Positions 10,464-19,989 of a stretch of DNA of 64,000 nt are shown here, piece by piece. The stretch comes from Mageeibacillus sp. UBA5436. GTDB taxonomy: Bacteria; Bacillota; Clostridia; Saccharofermentanales; DTU023. Position 1 is the first letter of the stretch, and each line of letters begins with the position of its first letter. The stretch lies in the NCBI GenBank assembly GCA_002427545.1, contig DIRM01000046.1:12383-76382 (forward strand), read 5' to 3'. The notes under the pieces are model-generated. The model searched no databases and was not told the DNA's origin. It saw only the letters and a list, made by a program, of their open reading frames with translations. Both the position numbers and the translations under genes were made by a program.

Positions 10464-10492
10464 TTGACAAGACTTGATTTCATTGGTATTAT
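10464..10492 (+). promoter_or_regulatory. SigA-type promoter for the tRNA-Met/tRNA-Glu unit
   Basis: TTGACA (10464-10469), 17-nt spacer, TATTAT (10487-10492), about 30 nt upstream of the tRNA 5' end. Confidence 0.6.
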
Positions 10493-10521
10493 CATTAAGC
10501 GTTTTAAAAATGCATAGGCAC

Positions 10522-10598
10522 GGCGGCGTAGCTCAGCTGGCCAGAGCACTCGGTTCATACCCGGACGGTCGTAAGTTCAAATCTTACCGCCGCTACCA
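10522..10598 (+). tRNA. tRNA-Met (anticodon CAT; a lysidine-modified tRNA-Ile2 cannot be excluded)
   Basis: Cloverleaf read by hand: acceptor ggcggcg/cgccgct, D-arm gctcagctggccagagc, anticodon loop ttCATac, T-arm gtaagttcaaatcttac, encoded CCA. No C1:A72 mismatch and no GGG/CCC anticodon stem, so it is not an initiator. Confidence 0.85.
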
Positions 10599-10602
10599 AA
10601 AT

Positions 10603-10677
10603 GGCCCGTTGGTCAAGAGGTTAAGACACCGCCCTTTCACGGCGGAATCAGGGGTTCGATTCCCCTACGGGTCACCA
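10603..10677 (+). tRNA. tRNA-Glu (anticodon TTC)
   Basis: ggcccgttggtcaagaggttaagacaccgccctTTCacggcgg...ggggttcgattcccctacgggtcacca. Closely resembles Bacillus tRNA-Glu. Encoded CCA. Confidence 0.92.
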
Positions 10678-10681
10678 ACTA

Positions 10682-10720
10682 ATAGCCTGTACGCCTTGTG
10701 TAATACAGGCTATTTTGTTT
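10682..10720 (+). terminator. Rho-independent terminator after the tRNA pair
   Basis: 10-bp stem atagcctgta (10682-10691) / tacaggctat (10704-10713), followed by TTTTgTTT. Confidence 0.8.
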
Positions 10721-10771
10721 GACTATTAAGAAAAAACTACTTTTTGAATATATGGAGTGGAGGTGGAATAA

Positions 10772-10969
10772 ATGGCTAAATGTGAGATATGCCAAAAAGA
10801 TATTAATTATGGTAGAAAGATAAGAATTACACGTTCTCAAATTTCACGTCGTGCACTTAGACAACAACATGCCAATGTTAAGCGTGTTAGCGTCATGGTA
10901 GACGGTACACCACGTAAAATGAATGTATGTACTCGTTGCCTCCGTTCTGATAAAGTTGAACGTGCATAA
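10772..10969 (+). CDS. rpmB: 50S ribosomal protein L28
   Basis: 65 aa, MAKCEICQKDINYGRKIRITRSQISRRALRQQHANVKRV. Typical L28 length and sequence, with a strong GGAGGTGG RBS. Confidence 0.93.
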   Translation: MAKCEICQKDINYGRKIRITRSQISRRALRQQHANVKRVSVMVDGTPRKMNVCTRCLRSDKVERA

Positions 10970-10990
10970 TTTATTTTATTGAATTTCTTT

Positions 10991-11020
10991 AGCTCGGTAC
11001 CATGGTATCGAGCTTTTTTT
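10991..11020 (+). terminator. Rho-independent terminator after rpmB
   Basis: agctcggtac / gtatcgagct stem (one G-U pair), followed by T7. Confidence 0.75.
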
Positions 11021-11139
11021 GTTTAGACATTCTAACTTCCTTTCTGTCATCTAGAATTAATCCGTAAAATTAGGTAAAATATGTTTTCATTATGGAATCA
11101 TTTAAGATTAAAATAACTTTCATGAAAGAAGGCAAATTT

Positions 11140-11808
11140 ATGAATATATTAAAACTAAAAAACACAATTAATGTCAGAAGACTTAGCTTGCTCTTTATAA
11201 CATTAATTTTGTGTTTTAGTTTAGTTGCATGTAGTAAAGAAAAATCTGATAGTATTGAATCTAATCCATCGGAACAAAATCAAGAAAGTGATTCAGCTGA
11301 CTTGATACCTCAAGAAAAAAAATTGGATACACAAGTTGAGCCAATTGATACCGTTAAAGAAATCACGGATGCTGATATGATTGATTCAATAATAAGGGAT
11401 CAAACCGAAATAGGTGATTTAGAAAAAAGTAAAGACAATAAAGGGATCCATTTAATTTTGAAACAAGATAAAGAATTGGTATCTGTTCCTATGGACTATC
11501 CTTTTGCAAATTGGCTTTCAGAACAAAAAAAACCTGTTTTGTTTGAATGTATAGCAGATTATTCAAAACCTGCACAAGAATCATTGCCCTATTTATACGG
11601 CATTGCGGATCATTATCAAGATAAACTTCTGGTTTGCGTAGTAGATGTTACTGAAGCAAAAGATTTAATTGACATGCTGGAATTAAAATACGTTCCTTCA
11701 TTTTTCGTCTCTAAAGATTTAAATGTTTTTCAAATAGCCACAAGCTTTGATCTCTATGCCAATCCAAGCTTAATAGATAATATTGAGCAAGTATTAAATA
11801 AAGAATAA
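11140..11808 (+). CDS. Lipoprotein with a thioredoxin-like C-terminal domain lacking the CXXC motif
   Basis: Start chosen at the ATG at 11140 (MNILKLKNTINVRRLSLLFITLILCFSLVAC), which gives a signal peptide plus an LVAC lipobox. The C-terminus (KKPVLFECIADYSKPAQESLPYLYGIADHYQDKLLVCVVDV...KYVPSFFV) follows the thioredoxin pattern, but the WCGPC position reads DYSKP. Confidence 0.6.
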   Translation: MNILKLKNTINVRRLSLLFITLILCFSLVACSKEKSDSIESNPSEQNQESDSADLIPQEKKLDTQVEPIDTVKEITDADMIDSIIRDQTEIGDLEKSKDNKGIHLILKQDKELVSVPMDYPFANWLSEQKKPVLFECIADYSKPAQESLPYLYGIADHYQDKLLVCVVDVTEAKDLIDMLELKYVPSFFVSKDLNVFQIATSFDLYANPSLIDNIEQVLNKE

Positions 11809-11835
11809 ATACATTATTTTTTAACATGTTTTATT

Positions 11836-13629
11836 ATGAAAACTTGTATAAATCGATTAAAACCATATCATGGCAGAATAATATTGGGCCAAATTTTTAA
11901 GTTTACAGAGGTTATCCTAGAATTAATTGTTCCACTTTTAATAGGTAAAATGGTTGATTTAGGAATTAGCAATCGTGATCAAAATTTAATTATCAAATAT
12001 GCATTTATCTGCCTTGGATTAGCCATATTAGGATTATGCTCAGCTCTCGTTTGCCAATATCAGGCTTCTGTTGTTTCTCAATCTTACGGTACTGAATTAA
12101 GAAATGATCTTTTTTCTCACATTTTAAAAATGCAAGTAAAAGATGTTTCTAAAATGGGACGTTCATCTTTAATTACTAGATTGACATCTGATATTCAAAC
12201 GCTACAACAGGGCGTGGCCATGTTGATTCGTCTCGTGCCACGTACGCCTTTCCTTTGTATAGGAATCATTATCATGGTTGGCTTTATTAATCCTAAATTT
12301 ATTTGGGCTTTTTTACTGGCTGTTCTAATTTTTGTTTTTATTATTATTTTAATTACGAGAAAAATGTTGCCTTTAATTAAAACATCACAAAAGCAAACGG
12401 ACGGTTTGATTAATCGTGTGATTGAATTATTGTCTGGTATTAAAATTATTCGTGCCGTTGTCAAAAGTGAAGAAAAAGGCAAACAATTTTATGATTTGAA
12501 TGATGAGATAGCAGCGATTATGGAAAAAATCGGTTTTTATTCTGCTTTACTTAATCCATTGACATTATTAGCATTGAATTTAATCGGTGTATTTATTTTA
12601 TGGATGTCAGGCTATCAGATGCGAATAGGTAATTTACGAAGTGGTGATATTATTGCTTTGATTAATTACTTGACTATGTTATTGACTGCTTTAACAGTAT
12701 TTTTGAATTTGGTCTTACTTTATACAAGAGTTTTTGCTAGTTCTGCTCGTTTAGAAGAAGCTTTGTTAACTGTAGAAAGACCGAGTTTTGATTTAGAAGA
12801 ATCTTCAGAACCAAAAGAAACATCTATTCAAGAACCATTTGAGAATAGTATAAAATTTACAAATGTAAATTTTGCTTTTCCTGATAGCCCTGAGTTTTTG
12901 TTTGAAAACTTTTCTTTTACTTTGCCTGCAGGTAAATCATTAAGTATAATCGGTCCGACTGGTTCTGGTAAATCAAGTTTGGCTTATATATTAGAAAGAC
13001 AATATGATATTCAATCTGGTGCCATAGATATTCTGGGCAAAGAAATTCGTCAATATACGGAAACCGAATTATTGAATACCATTCAAATTGTTCCACAAGC
13101 TTCTTATTTATTTTCAGGTACATTAAGAGAGAGTTTGTGTTTAGGTATGTCCGATATAGAAGATGAACAAATATGGCAGGCCTTAGAGATTGCGCAGGCG
13201 GCTGACTTTGTTAAGAAAGATGTTTCTGGCTTAAACAAAGTCGTTCAAAGAGGTGGTAGCAATTTTTCGGGAGGTCAAAAACAACGATTAGCGATTGCCA
13301 GAGCTTTATTAAGAAAAACAAAAGTAATTGTATTTGATGATACGTCGAGTGCATTGGACTTAGCAACAGATGCAGCTCTTCAAAAAGCTTTGCGTAACAG
13401 TCCGCAATTTAAGGATTATTGTTTTATTACCATCACACAAAGAATTTCAACTGCCAGACGTTCAGATCTCATTTTATTGTTAGATAATGGTGAAAAGGTT
13501 GGCTTTGGCAGTCATCAGGAATTATTAGAAAATAATACTTTATATCAAGAAATTTATGATTCTCAAATTGCACAAGAAAAAAATTATGATGAAAATATAG
13601 TGGAGTTGGCAAATGCAAAAAGAAAATAA
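11836..13629 (+). CDS. ABC exporter permease/ATPase fusion, degenerate-site half of a heterodimer
   Basis: Six-TM N-terminal domain. Walker A GPTGSGKSS and signature FSGGQKQRLAIARA. Walker B is VIVFDDTSSALD, with Asp where the catalytic Glu is expected. Confidence 0.88.
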   Translation: MKTCINRLKPYHGRIILGQIFKFTEVILELIVPLLIGKMVDLGISNRDQNLIIKYAFICLGLAILGLCSALVCQYQASVVSQSYGTELRNDLFSHILKMQVKDVSKMGRSSLITRLTSDIQTLQQGVAMLIRLVPRTPFLCIGIIIMVGFINPKFIWAFLLAVLIFVFIIILITRKMLPLIKTSQKQTDGLINRVIELLSGIKIIRAVVKSEEKGKQFYDLNDEIAAIMEKIGFYSALLNPLTLLALNLIGVFILWMSGYQMRIGNLRSGDIIALINYLTMLLTALTVFLNLVLLYTRVFASSARLEEALLTVERPSFDLEESSEPKETSIQEPFENSIKFTNVNFAFPDSPEFLFENFSFTLPAGKSLSIIGPTGSGKSSLAYILERQYDIQSGAIDILGKEIRQYTETELLNTIQIVPQASYLFSGTLRESLCLGMSDIEDEQIWQALEIAQAADFVKKDVSGLNKVVQRGGSNFSGGQKQRLAIARALLRKTKVIVFDDTSSALDLATDAALQKALRNSPQFKDYCFITITQRISTARRSDLILLLDNGEKVGFGSHQELLENNTLYQEIYDSQIAQEKNYDENIVELANAKRK

Positions 13630-15370
13630 ACAACAGTCAACTGCGCTTAACTTTTTAATGAAGAGAATGTTTAAATACCCATTTAAACTTTTTTCTATAA
13701 TATTATTTGCTTTATTAGGAAATATCCTCATACTTTTAGGCCCTAAATTAATGGGTGATGCTATAGATATGCTAGCTCAAGATAAAGGGTATATTTCCAA
13801 TGAGCTTTGGAAATTATTGGGCATATTAATTATTATTTATGTATTGGCTTCCTTTTTTCAATGGTTACTTGGACATATTAGTAGTTTAATATCTGCAAAT
13901 GTTATAAAAGATTTGAGAAAAGAAATATACTATCATCTAAATTATCTTTCACTTAATTTTTTCCATCATACGTCATATGGCGATATAACGGCTATGATGA
14001 GTACGGATATCGATCAAGTTAATGATGGCTTAATTAATGGATTACCTCAACTTTTTTCTGGTATTGTAAGTTTAATTGGCTCTATCTATTTTATGTTTAG
14101 CATAAGTTGGAAAGTTGCTTTGGTCATCATTTGCTTAATTCCAGCCATTTCTTTTGTTTCTGAAATGATTAGTAGGAATTCCTTTAATATGTATCGACTT
14201 GAGGCCGAACAAAGAGCAAGGCTAAATGGTTTTTCTGAAGAAATTATTACAGAACATAAATTAGCAAGAACTTTGCAAGCTTCAAAAGACGTTATACCCC
14301 AATATAAAGAAATGAATGAAGAACTTTATACCTATGGACAAAAAGCGCAATTTTATTCTGCTTTAGTTAATCCGTCAACTCGCTTAATTAACGCTATTTC
14401 TTATATTTCATGTGGTAGTTTTGCAGCGATTTTGGCTATTCGTGGCGAATTGACAGTCGGTCAAGTTGGTAGCTTATTATTTTATACAAATCAATTTTCT
14501 AAACCCATTAATCTTATTACAGAAATTATTTCACAAGTTCAAGCTTCTTTGGCTTCTGCTTATAGAATCTATGAATTATTACAAGTTGAACCAACAGAAA
14601 TAGAAAATAAAGAAACACCGAAATTTCAATTTGAAAATGGCGAGATTGATTTTGAACAAGTTTATTTTTCTTATATACCAACTGAGCCCTTGATTAAGAA
14701 TTTAAATATTAAAATCCCGGCCAAATCAAAAGTCGCTATTGTTGGACCAACAGGGGCGGGTAAGACAACATTAGTTAATTTATTAATGCGCTTTTATGAG
14801 CTTGATCAAGGTCAAATTATTGTTGACGGTCAATCCATTTCGAATGTAACTAGAGATAGTATCCGAAAATCTTTTGGTATGGTTTTACAAGAAGTTTGGC
14901 TTTTTGAAGGAACTGTTTTTGAGAATTTAACATTTGCTAATCCGGATGTCCCAAGAGAAAAAGTTATTCAAATCTGTAAAGATATGGAAGCAGATTCCTT
15001 TATTCGCCGCTTAGAGAATGGTTATGATACTGTTATTAATGCCAAAACATCTTTATCACAAGGGCAAAAGCAATTATTGACTGTGGCTCGTGTCATGATT
15101 CAAAATCCTAAAATGGTTATTTTAGATGAGGCAACATCAGCAATTGATACAGTGACAGAGATGCGTGTTCAAAAAGCTTTTGATAAAATGATGCAAAATC
15201 GCACTAGCTTTATTATTGCTCATAGACTTTCCACAATCTTGGATGCAGAAATAATCCTTGTGATGAATGAAGGAAATATTGTTGAAAAAGGCAATTTCAA
15301 ATCTTTAATGCAAAAGGATACTTTGTTTAAACATATTTATAACAGTCAATTTAAAGATGAATTGATTTAA
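13613..15370 (+). CDS. ABC exporter permease/ATPase fusion, consensus-site half of a heterodimer
   Basis: Overlaps the upstream ABC gene by 17 nt. Walker A GPTGAGKTT and Walker B VILDEATSAID (catalytic Glu present). Signature is the non-canonical LSQGQKQ. Confidence 0.88.
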   Translation: MQKENKQQSTALNFLMKRMFKYPFKLFSIILFALLGNILILLGPKLMGDAIDMLAQDKGYISNELWKLLGILIIIYVLASFFQWLLGHISSLISANVIKDLRKEIYYHLNYLSLNFFHHTSYGDITAMMSTDIDQVNDGLINGLPQLFSGIVSLIGSIYFMFSISWKVALVIICLIPAISFVSEMISRNSFNMYRLEAEQRARLNGFSEEIITEHKLARTLQASKDVIPQYKEMNEELYTYGQKAQFYSALVNPSTRLINAISYISCGSFAAILAIRGELTVGQVGSLLFYTNQFSKPINLITEIISQVQASLASAYRIYELLQVEPTEIENKETPKFQFENGEIDFEQVYFSYIPTEPLIKNLNIKIPAKSKVAIVGPTGAGKTTLVNLLMRFYELDQGQIIVDGQSISNVTRDSIRKSFGMVLQEVWLFEGTVFENLTFANPDVPREKVIQICKDMEADSFIRRLENGYDTVINAKTSLSQGQKQLLTVARVMIQNPKMVILDEATSAIDTVTEMRVQKAFDKMMQNRTSFIIAHRLSTILDAEIILVMNEGNIVEKGNFKSLMQKDTLFKHIYNSQFKDELI

Positions 15371-15523
15371 TGTTTTTTCTTTTTATATTGTCGTAATTTC
15401 ATTAAACTGTTAAATTAATAAGTATGATTATTAATTAGCTAACTTAAAATATTTTCAATTAGACAATAGTCTTTTTTTGCTAGGGCTATTGTTAATAGCA
15501 TGTCAAATAGTTAGAGGTTTATT

Positions 15524-16561
15524 ATGACAAAAAAATTAATTTTTAAAACAAATCAAAATGAAGAAGTTTATCAGTACACTTTAAAAAATCAAAATGGAAT
15601 GCAAGTTGATCTCCTGAATCTTGGAGCCTGTTTACTATCTATTTATGTTCCCGATAAAAATGGAAATTCAATTGATGTTATTTTAGGACATGAAAAAGTT
15701 GAAACATACGAACAAAACCCAACTTATCAAGGGGCGATTATAGGACGTTATGCCAATCGAATTGGAAATGCAACCTTTGATTTTCATGGTAAAAAAATTG
15801 AATTAGAAAAAAATTCAGTTAATCATCATTTGCATAGTGAATCGGTAGGGTTTAATTATCGTGTATGGCAAGAACTACAGTTTAATACAGATAGCATTAC
15901 CTTTGGAATTCAAGCGCCAGACGGTGAAGGAAATTATCCAGGTGATATTGATTGTCAGGTAACCTATCAATTGACAGAAAATAATGGATTAATTATAGAA
16001 TATTCTGCAAAAACAAAAACAGAAACTGTTGCTAATCTGACCAATCATTCTTACTTTAATTTAAATGCTTCAAATAATTCGAATATTCTAAATCATATTG
16101 TAAAAATCAATTCAAATAAAATTACGGATGTCGATGCAGATTCTATACCAACAGGTGAAATTAAAGATATTACTGGCACAGCATTTGATTTTACTCAGCC
16201 TAAAGCGATTGGACAAAATATTGATGATGATAATTATCTTTTGAAAAATGCAGGAGGCTACGATCATAATTATGTTTTAGATGCAAGTGATGAAGCACAA
16301 ATAACGGTTTATTCTCCTGAAACAGGCATTGAAATGGACGTATTTACGAATAGTCCAGGAGTACAATTTTATACAGGCAATGGTATAAATGGGCAATTTG
16401 TGGGAAAAGAAGGTTATGCATATCCACATAGAGCAGGTGTTTGCTTTGAAACACAATTTTACCCAGATGCTGTTAATCATCAAAACTTTCCAAGTCCTTA
16501 TTTAACAGCAGATAAACCACAACATTTTGAAACCGAATATCGATTCTCAGTTAAAGAATAA
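15524..16561 (+). CDS. galM: Aldose 1-epimerase (galactose mutarotase)
   Basis: 345 aa. The GRYANRIGN, NHHLHS, LTNHSYFNL, YDHNYVL and CFETQ motifs are typical of the mutarotase family. Confidence 0.85.
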   Translation: MTKKLIFKTNQNEEVYQYTLKNQNGMQVDLLNLGACLLSIYVPDKNGNSIDVILGHEKVETYEQNPTYQGAIIGRYANRIGNATFDFHGKKIELEKNSVNHHLHSESVGFNYRVWQELQFNTDSITFGIQAPDGEGNYPGDIDCQVTYQLTENNGLIIEYSAKTKTETVANLTNHSYFNLNASNNSNILNHIVKINSNKITDVDADSIPTGEIKDITGTAFDFTQPKAIGQNIDDDNYLLKNAGGYDHNYVLDASDEAQITVYSPETGIEMDVFTNSPGVQFYTGNGINGQFVGKEGYAYPHRAGVCFETQFYPDAVNHQNFPSPYLTADKPQHFETEYRFSVKE

Positions 16562-16586
16562 GTTAATATTATTTAAGTTAACAAAT

Positions 16587-16618
16587 AAAGCCGAAAGAAT
16601 TTTCTTTCGGCTTTTTGT
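16587..16618. terminator. Bidirectional terminator between the convergent galM and glnS
   Basis: aaagccgaaag (16587-16597) / ctttcggcttt (16604-16614), with A-run and T-run flanks on both sides. Confidence 0.8.
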
Positions 16619-16633
16619 TAGTAAAAATTTTTA

Positions 16634-18340
16634 TTATTTATTGGGTTTATAAGTTTCTCTTAGGGAAACAGCCCGATTAAATACGGGTTTATCTGGAGTA
16701 GAGTCTTTATTATCTTCAATAAAATAACCTTGTCTCATAAATTGGAATGCCTTGCCTTTGTTTTCTTCATTTAAAATCCATGGTTCAATTTTAGCATTTT
16801 GAATAATAGTTAAGGACTCTGGATTAATCAATTCATGATAATCTTGATCTGAACTACCGGGATCTGCAACAGAAAACAGATTTTCATAAATGCGAATTTC
16901 TGAATCAACAGCATCCTCTGTGCCAACCCAATGAATAGTACCTCTGATTTTTCGACCATCAGTTGCCTTACCACCTTTTGATTCAGGATCATATTCAGCT
17001 GTTACAGCTACAATATTACCAGAATCATCTGTGATATGGCCTGTACATTTAACGATATAAGCACCGCGTAAACGAACTTCATTACCTTCATAAAGACGAT
17101 GATATTTCTTTGGTGGATCAATCGCATAGTCATTTTTTTCAATCCAAATCTCTTTTGAGAAAGTCATTTCATGGCTTCCAAGCTCAGGTTTATAAGGAAA
17201 GTTTTGTACTTCTACAGATTCCTTTTGCTCTTCTGGATAATTGGTGATAATTAATTTAATAGGATCGAGTACAGCAGAACCACGTAAAGCATGATCATTT
17301 AAATCTTCACGTAAACAAAATTCTAAAAAGTCATGACTGACCATAGAATCAACTTTAGAGATACCAACTCTTTCACAAAAATTACGAATCGATTGTGCTG
17401 TATAACCACGGCGACGCAAACCACCAATGGTTGGCATACGTGGATCATCCCAACCATTGACTATATTTTCTTCAACTAAAGTACGCAATTTTCTTTTGCT
17501 CAGAACTGTATTTTCAATATTTAAACGAGAAAATTCAATTTGGCGTGGTTTATAAGGAACGCTACAATTTTCTACAAACCAATTATATAAAGGACGATGA
17601 TCTTCGAATTCTAATGAACAAAGTGAATGCGTAATTCCTTCAATGGCATCTTCAATAGGATGAGCAAAATCATACATAGGATAGATGCACCAGGTATCGC
17701 CAGTACGATGATGAGTTTCATGGGCAATACGATAAATGACAGGGTCACGCATATTCATATTACCAGCAGACATGTCAATTTTGGCTCGTAAAGTCATTTT
17801 GCCATTTTCAAATTCACCAGCACGCATACGTTTAAATAAATCAAGATTTTCAGCGATTGATCGATCACGATAAGGGCTATTGGTACCTGGCTCTGTCAAA
17901 GTACCACGCGTTTCTCGAATTTGATCAGGAGTTAATTCGCAGACGAAAGCAAGACCTTTTTCAATTAATTCTACTGCATATTGATACATATCTTCAAAAT
18001 AATCAGAAGCAAAGTAAAAACGATCATCCCAGTCATAACCTAGCCAATGAACATCTTCTATGATGGCATCAACATATTCCACATCTTCACGAATAGGGTT
18101 GGTATCATCCATACGTAAATTACAAATTCCATTATATTTAGCAGCAGTAGCAAAATCTATGTAAATGGCTTTAGCATGACCAATATGTAAATAACCATTT
18201 GGTTCTGGGGGAAATCTAGTATGAACAGTTCGTCCTTCGTATTGACCACCCTCGGCAAGATCTTCATCAATAAAATCATGAATGAAATTACCAGGCATTT
18301 CAGAAGGATTTTCTAATTGATTTATTTTATTTTCAGACAT
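16634..18340 (-). CDS. glnS: Glutaminyl-tRNA synthetase
   Basis: 568 aa. FPPEPNGYLHIGHAKA (HIGH motif), VLSKRKL (KMSKS motif) and a C-terminal beta-barrel anticodon-binding region typical of GlnRS. Confidence 0.92.
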   Translation of the reverse strand: MSENKINQLENPSEMPGNFIHDFIDEDLAEGGQYEGRTVHTRFPPEPNGYLHIGHAKAIYIDFATAAKYNGICNLRMDDTNPIREDVEYVDAIIEDVHWLGYDWDDRFYFASDYFEDMYQYAVELIEKGLAFVCELTPDQIRETRGTLTEPGTNSPYRDRSIAENLDLFKRMRAGEFENGKMTLRAKIDMSAGNMNMRDPVIYRIAHETHHRTGDTWCIYPMYDFAHPIEDAIEGITHSLCSLEFEDHRPLYNWFVENCSVPYKPRQIEFSRLNIENTVLSKRKLRTLVEENIVNGWDDPRMPTIGGLRRRGYTAQSIRNFCERVGISKVDSMVSHDFLEFCLREDLNDHALRGSAVLDPIKLIITNYPEEQKESVEVQNFPYKPELGSHEMTFSKEIWIEKNDYAIDPPKKYHRLYEGNEVRLRGAYIVKCTGHITDDSGNIVAVTAEYDPESKGGKATDGRKIRGTIHWVGTEDAVDSEIRIYENLFSVADPGSSDQDYHELINPESLTIIQNAKIEPWILNEENKGKAFQFMRQGYFIEDNKDSTPDKPVFNRAVSLRETYKPNK

Positions 18341-18376
18341 TTTATACCTCGAAATTTTCTTGTTTTTTTGTTTATC

Positions 18377-19849
18377 TCAAGCTTCATCTTTAATTTGATT
18401 TTTATTATAGGAATCTAATTCAACTATGATTTTTTGAATTCTTAGTATTGATTCTTCTTTTCCTAAGAGCAATAATAATTCGATGGAACCTCCAGGCGTA
18501 ACTTGACGTCCAGATAAAGCAATGCGAATCGGATTCATAATAGTACCTGTCTTTAATTCCAACTTTTTGCCTAAATCCATCAATGCTGTGTGAATCGTAT
18601 CATGATCAAATTCAAGTGATTGTATTTCATTGAGTACGGCTTCCAAAACTTTTTGAGCTATTTCTGGATTCAATTTACTGCGTTTATGCCAATACATTTC
18701 TGGATTAAATGCATCTGGTGTTTTAACAAAATCAAGCATTTGGGGCAAATCGCTTTTTTTCGTTATTCTGGATTGCAACATTTCAGCAATCAAATCTAAA
18801 TCGTATTCTTTTCCTTCAAAAAATTTGTCAGCTTCATCTTTGATCCAGGCTTTAAAATCGTCAACAGATAACTTGCGAATATATTGTTCATTATACCAAT
18901 CAAGTTTATCATAATCGAAAACTGCTGGTGATTTACTTATTCCAGAAATTGAGAAAATTTCGATTAATTCATCTAAACTGAAAATTTCTCTTTCATCTTT
19001 GCTTGGAGCCCAACCTAAAAAGGCAATATAATTGATGATGGCTTCAGTTAAATAACCTTGTTCAACTAGAGCTTCAAAAGTTGTTGCACCATGTCTTTTA
19101 GATAATTTAATGCCATCTTTACCTATGATTAAAGGTAAATGAATATATTTAGGAATTTCCCAACCCAATGCTTCATAGAGTAAATTGTATTTTGGTGTGG
19201 AGGATAAATATTCGGAACCTCTAATGACATGCGTAATATGCATTTCATGATCATCGATAACATTCGCAAAATTATAAGTTGGATAACCATCTGATTTGAT
19301 TAAAATCTGATCTTCTAATTCTTTATTCTCTACTGAAATATCACCAAAAATTTCATCATGAAAAGTTGTTTTGCCATCTAAAGGCATCTTTTGACGAATA
19401 ACATAAGGCTTGCCTAAATCAAGATTTTCTTTGATTTCAAAATCACTTAAATTACGACAATGACGATCATAGCCAGAAAATTCACTGTTTTCATGTAAAG
19501 AGCTTAAGCGTTCTTTTGAACAAAAACAATAATAAGCTTTATCTTCTTCAATCAATTGTTTAGCATATGGTAAATAATGGTCAAGACGCTCACTTTGTAT
19601 ATATGGAGCATAAGGGCCGCCTACATTGGGTCCTTCATCAGCCAGCAAATTAACTTGTTCTAATGTTTGATATATTCTGTCTGTGGCACCTTCTACCAAT
19701 CTTTCTTGATCAGTATCTTCAATACGTAAAACAAATTGCCCACCTTGGCTTTTAGCTACTAAAAATTCGTATAGGGCAGAACGAAGATTTCCAACATGCA
19801 TAAAACCAGTTGGACTTGGCGCAAATCTGGTTCGAATAATTGTATTCAT
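18377..19849 (-). CDS. gltX: Glutamyl-tRNA synthetase
   Basis: 490 aa. RFAPSPTGFMHVGNLRSAL (HIGH-type motif), KLSKRHG (KMSKS motif), bacterial GluRS length. Confidence 0.93.
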   Translation of the reverse strand: MNTIIRTRFAPSPTGFMHVGNLRSALYEFLVAKSQGGQFVLRIEDTDQERLVEGATDRIYQTLEQVNLLADEGPNVGGPYAPYIQSERLDHYLPYAKQLIEEDKAYYCFCSKERLSSLHENSEFSGYDRHCRNLSDFEIKENLDLGKPYVIRQKMPLDGKTTFHDEIFGDISVENKELEDQILIKSDGYPTYNFANVIDDHEMHITHVIRGSEYLSSTPKYNLLYEALGWEIPKYIHLPLIIGKDGIKLSKRHGATTFEALVEQGYLTEAIINYIAFLGWAPSKDEREIFSLDELIEIFSISGISKSPAVFDYDKLDWYNEQYIRKLSVDDFKAWIKDEADKFFEGKEYDLDLIAEMLQSRITKKSDLPQMLDFVKTPDAFNPEMYWHKRSKLNPEIAQKVLEAVLNEIQSLEFDHDTIHTALMDLGKKLELKTGTIMNPIRIALSGRQVTPGGSIELLLLLGKEESILRIQKIIVELDSYNKNQIKDEA

Positions 19850-19989
19850 CTATGCCTCCTGCATATTTATTAAATAATTTACTATTTATCTTATCATAGA
19901 TAGTATAATATTGAATTAGCTTATTTTGAAATTTTATTCATCTTTTTTAGATGATTGCAGGTGGATATTAAAAAGGTTAAAATAAGATT

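Noticed and set aside
10474-10722. 82-aa ORF in the supplied track.
   Set aside because: It is read straight through tRNA-Met, tRNA-Glu and their terminator. It has no RBS, and the tRNA cloverleaves fully explain the sequence.
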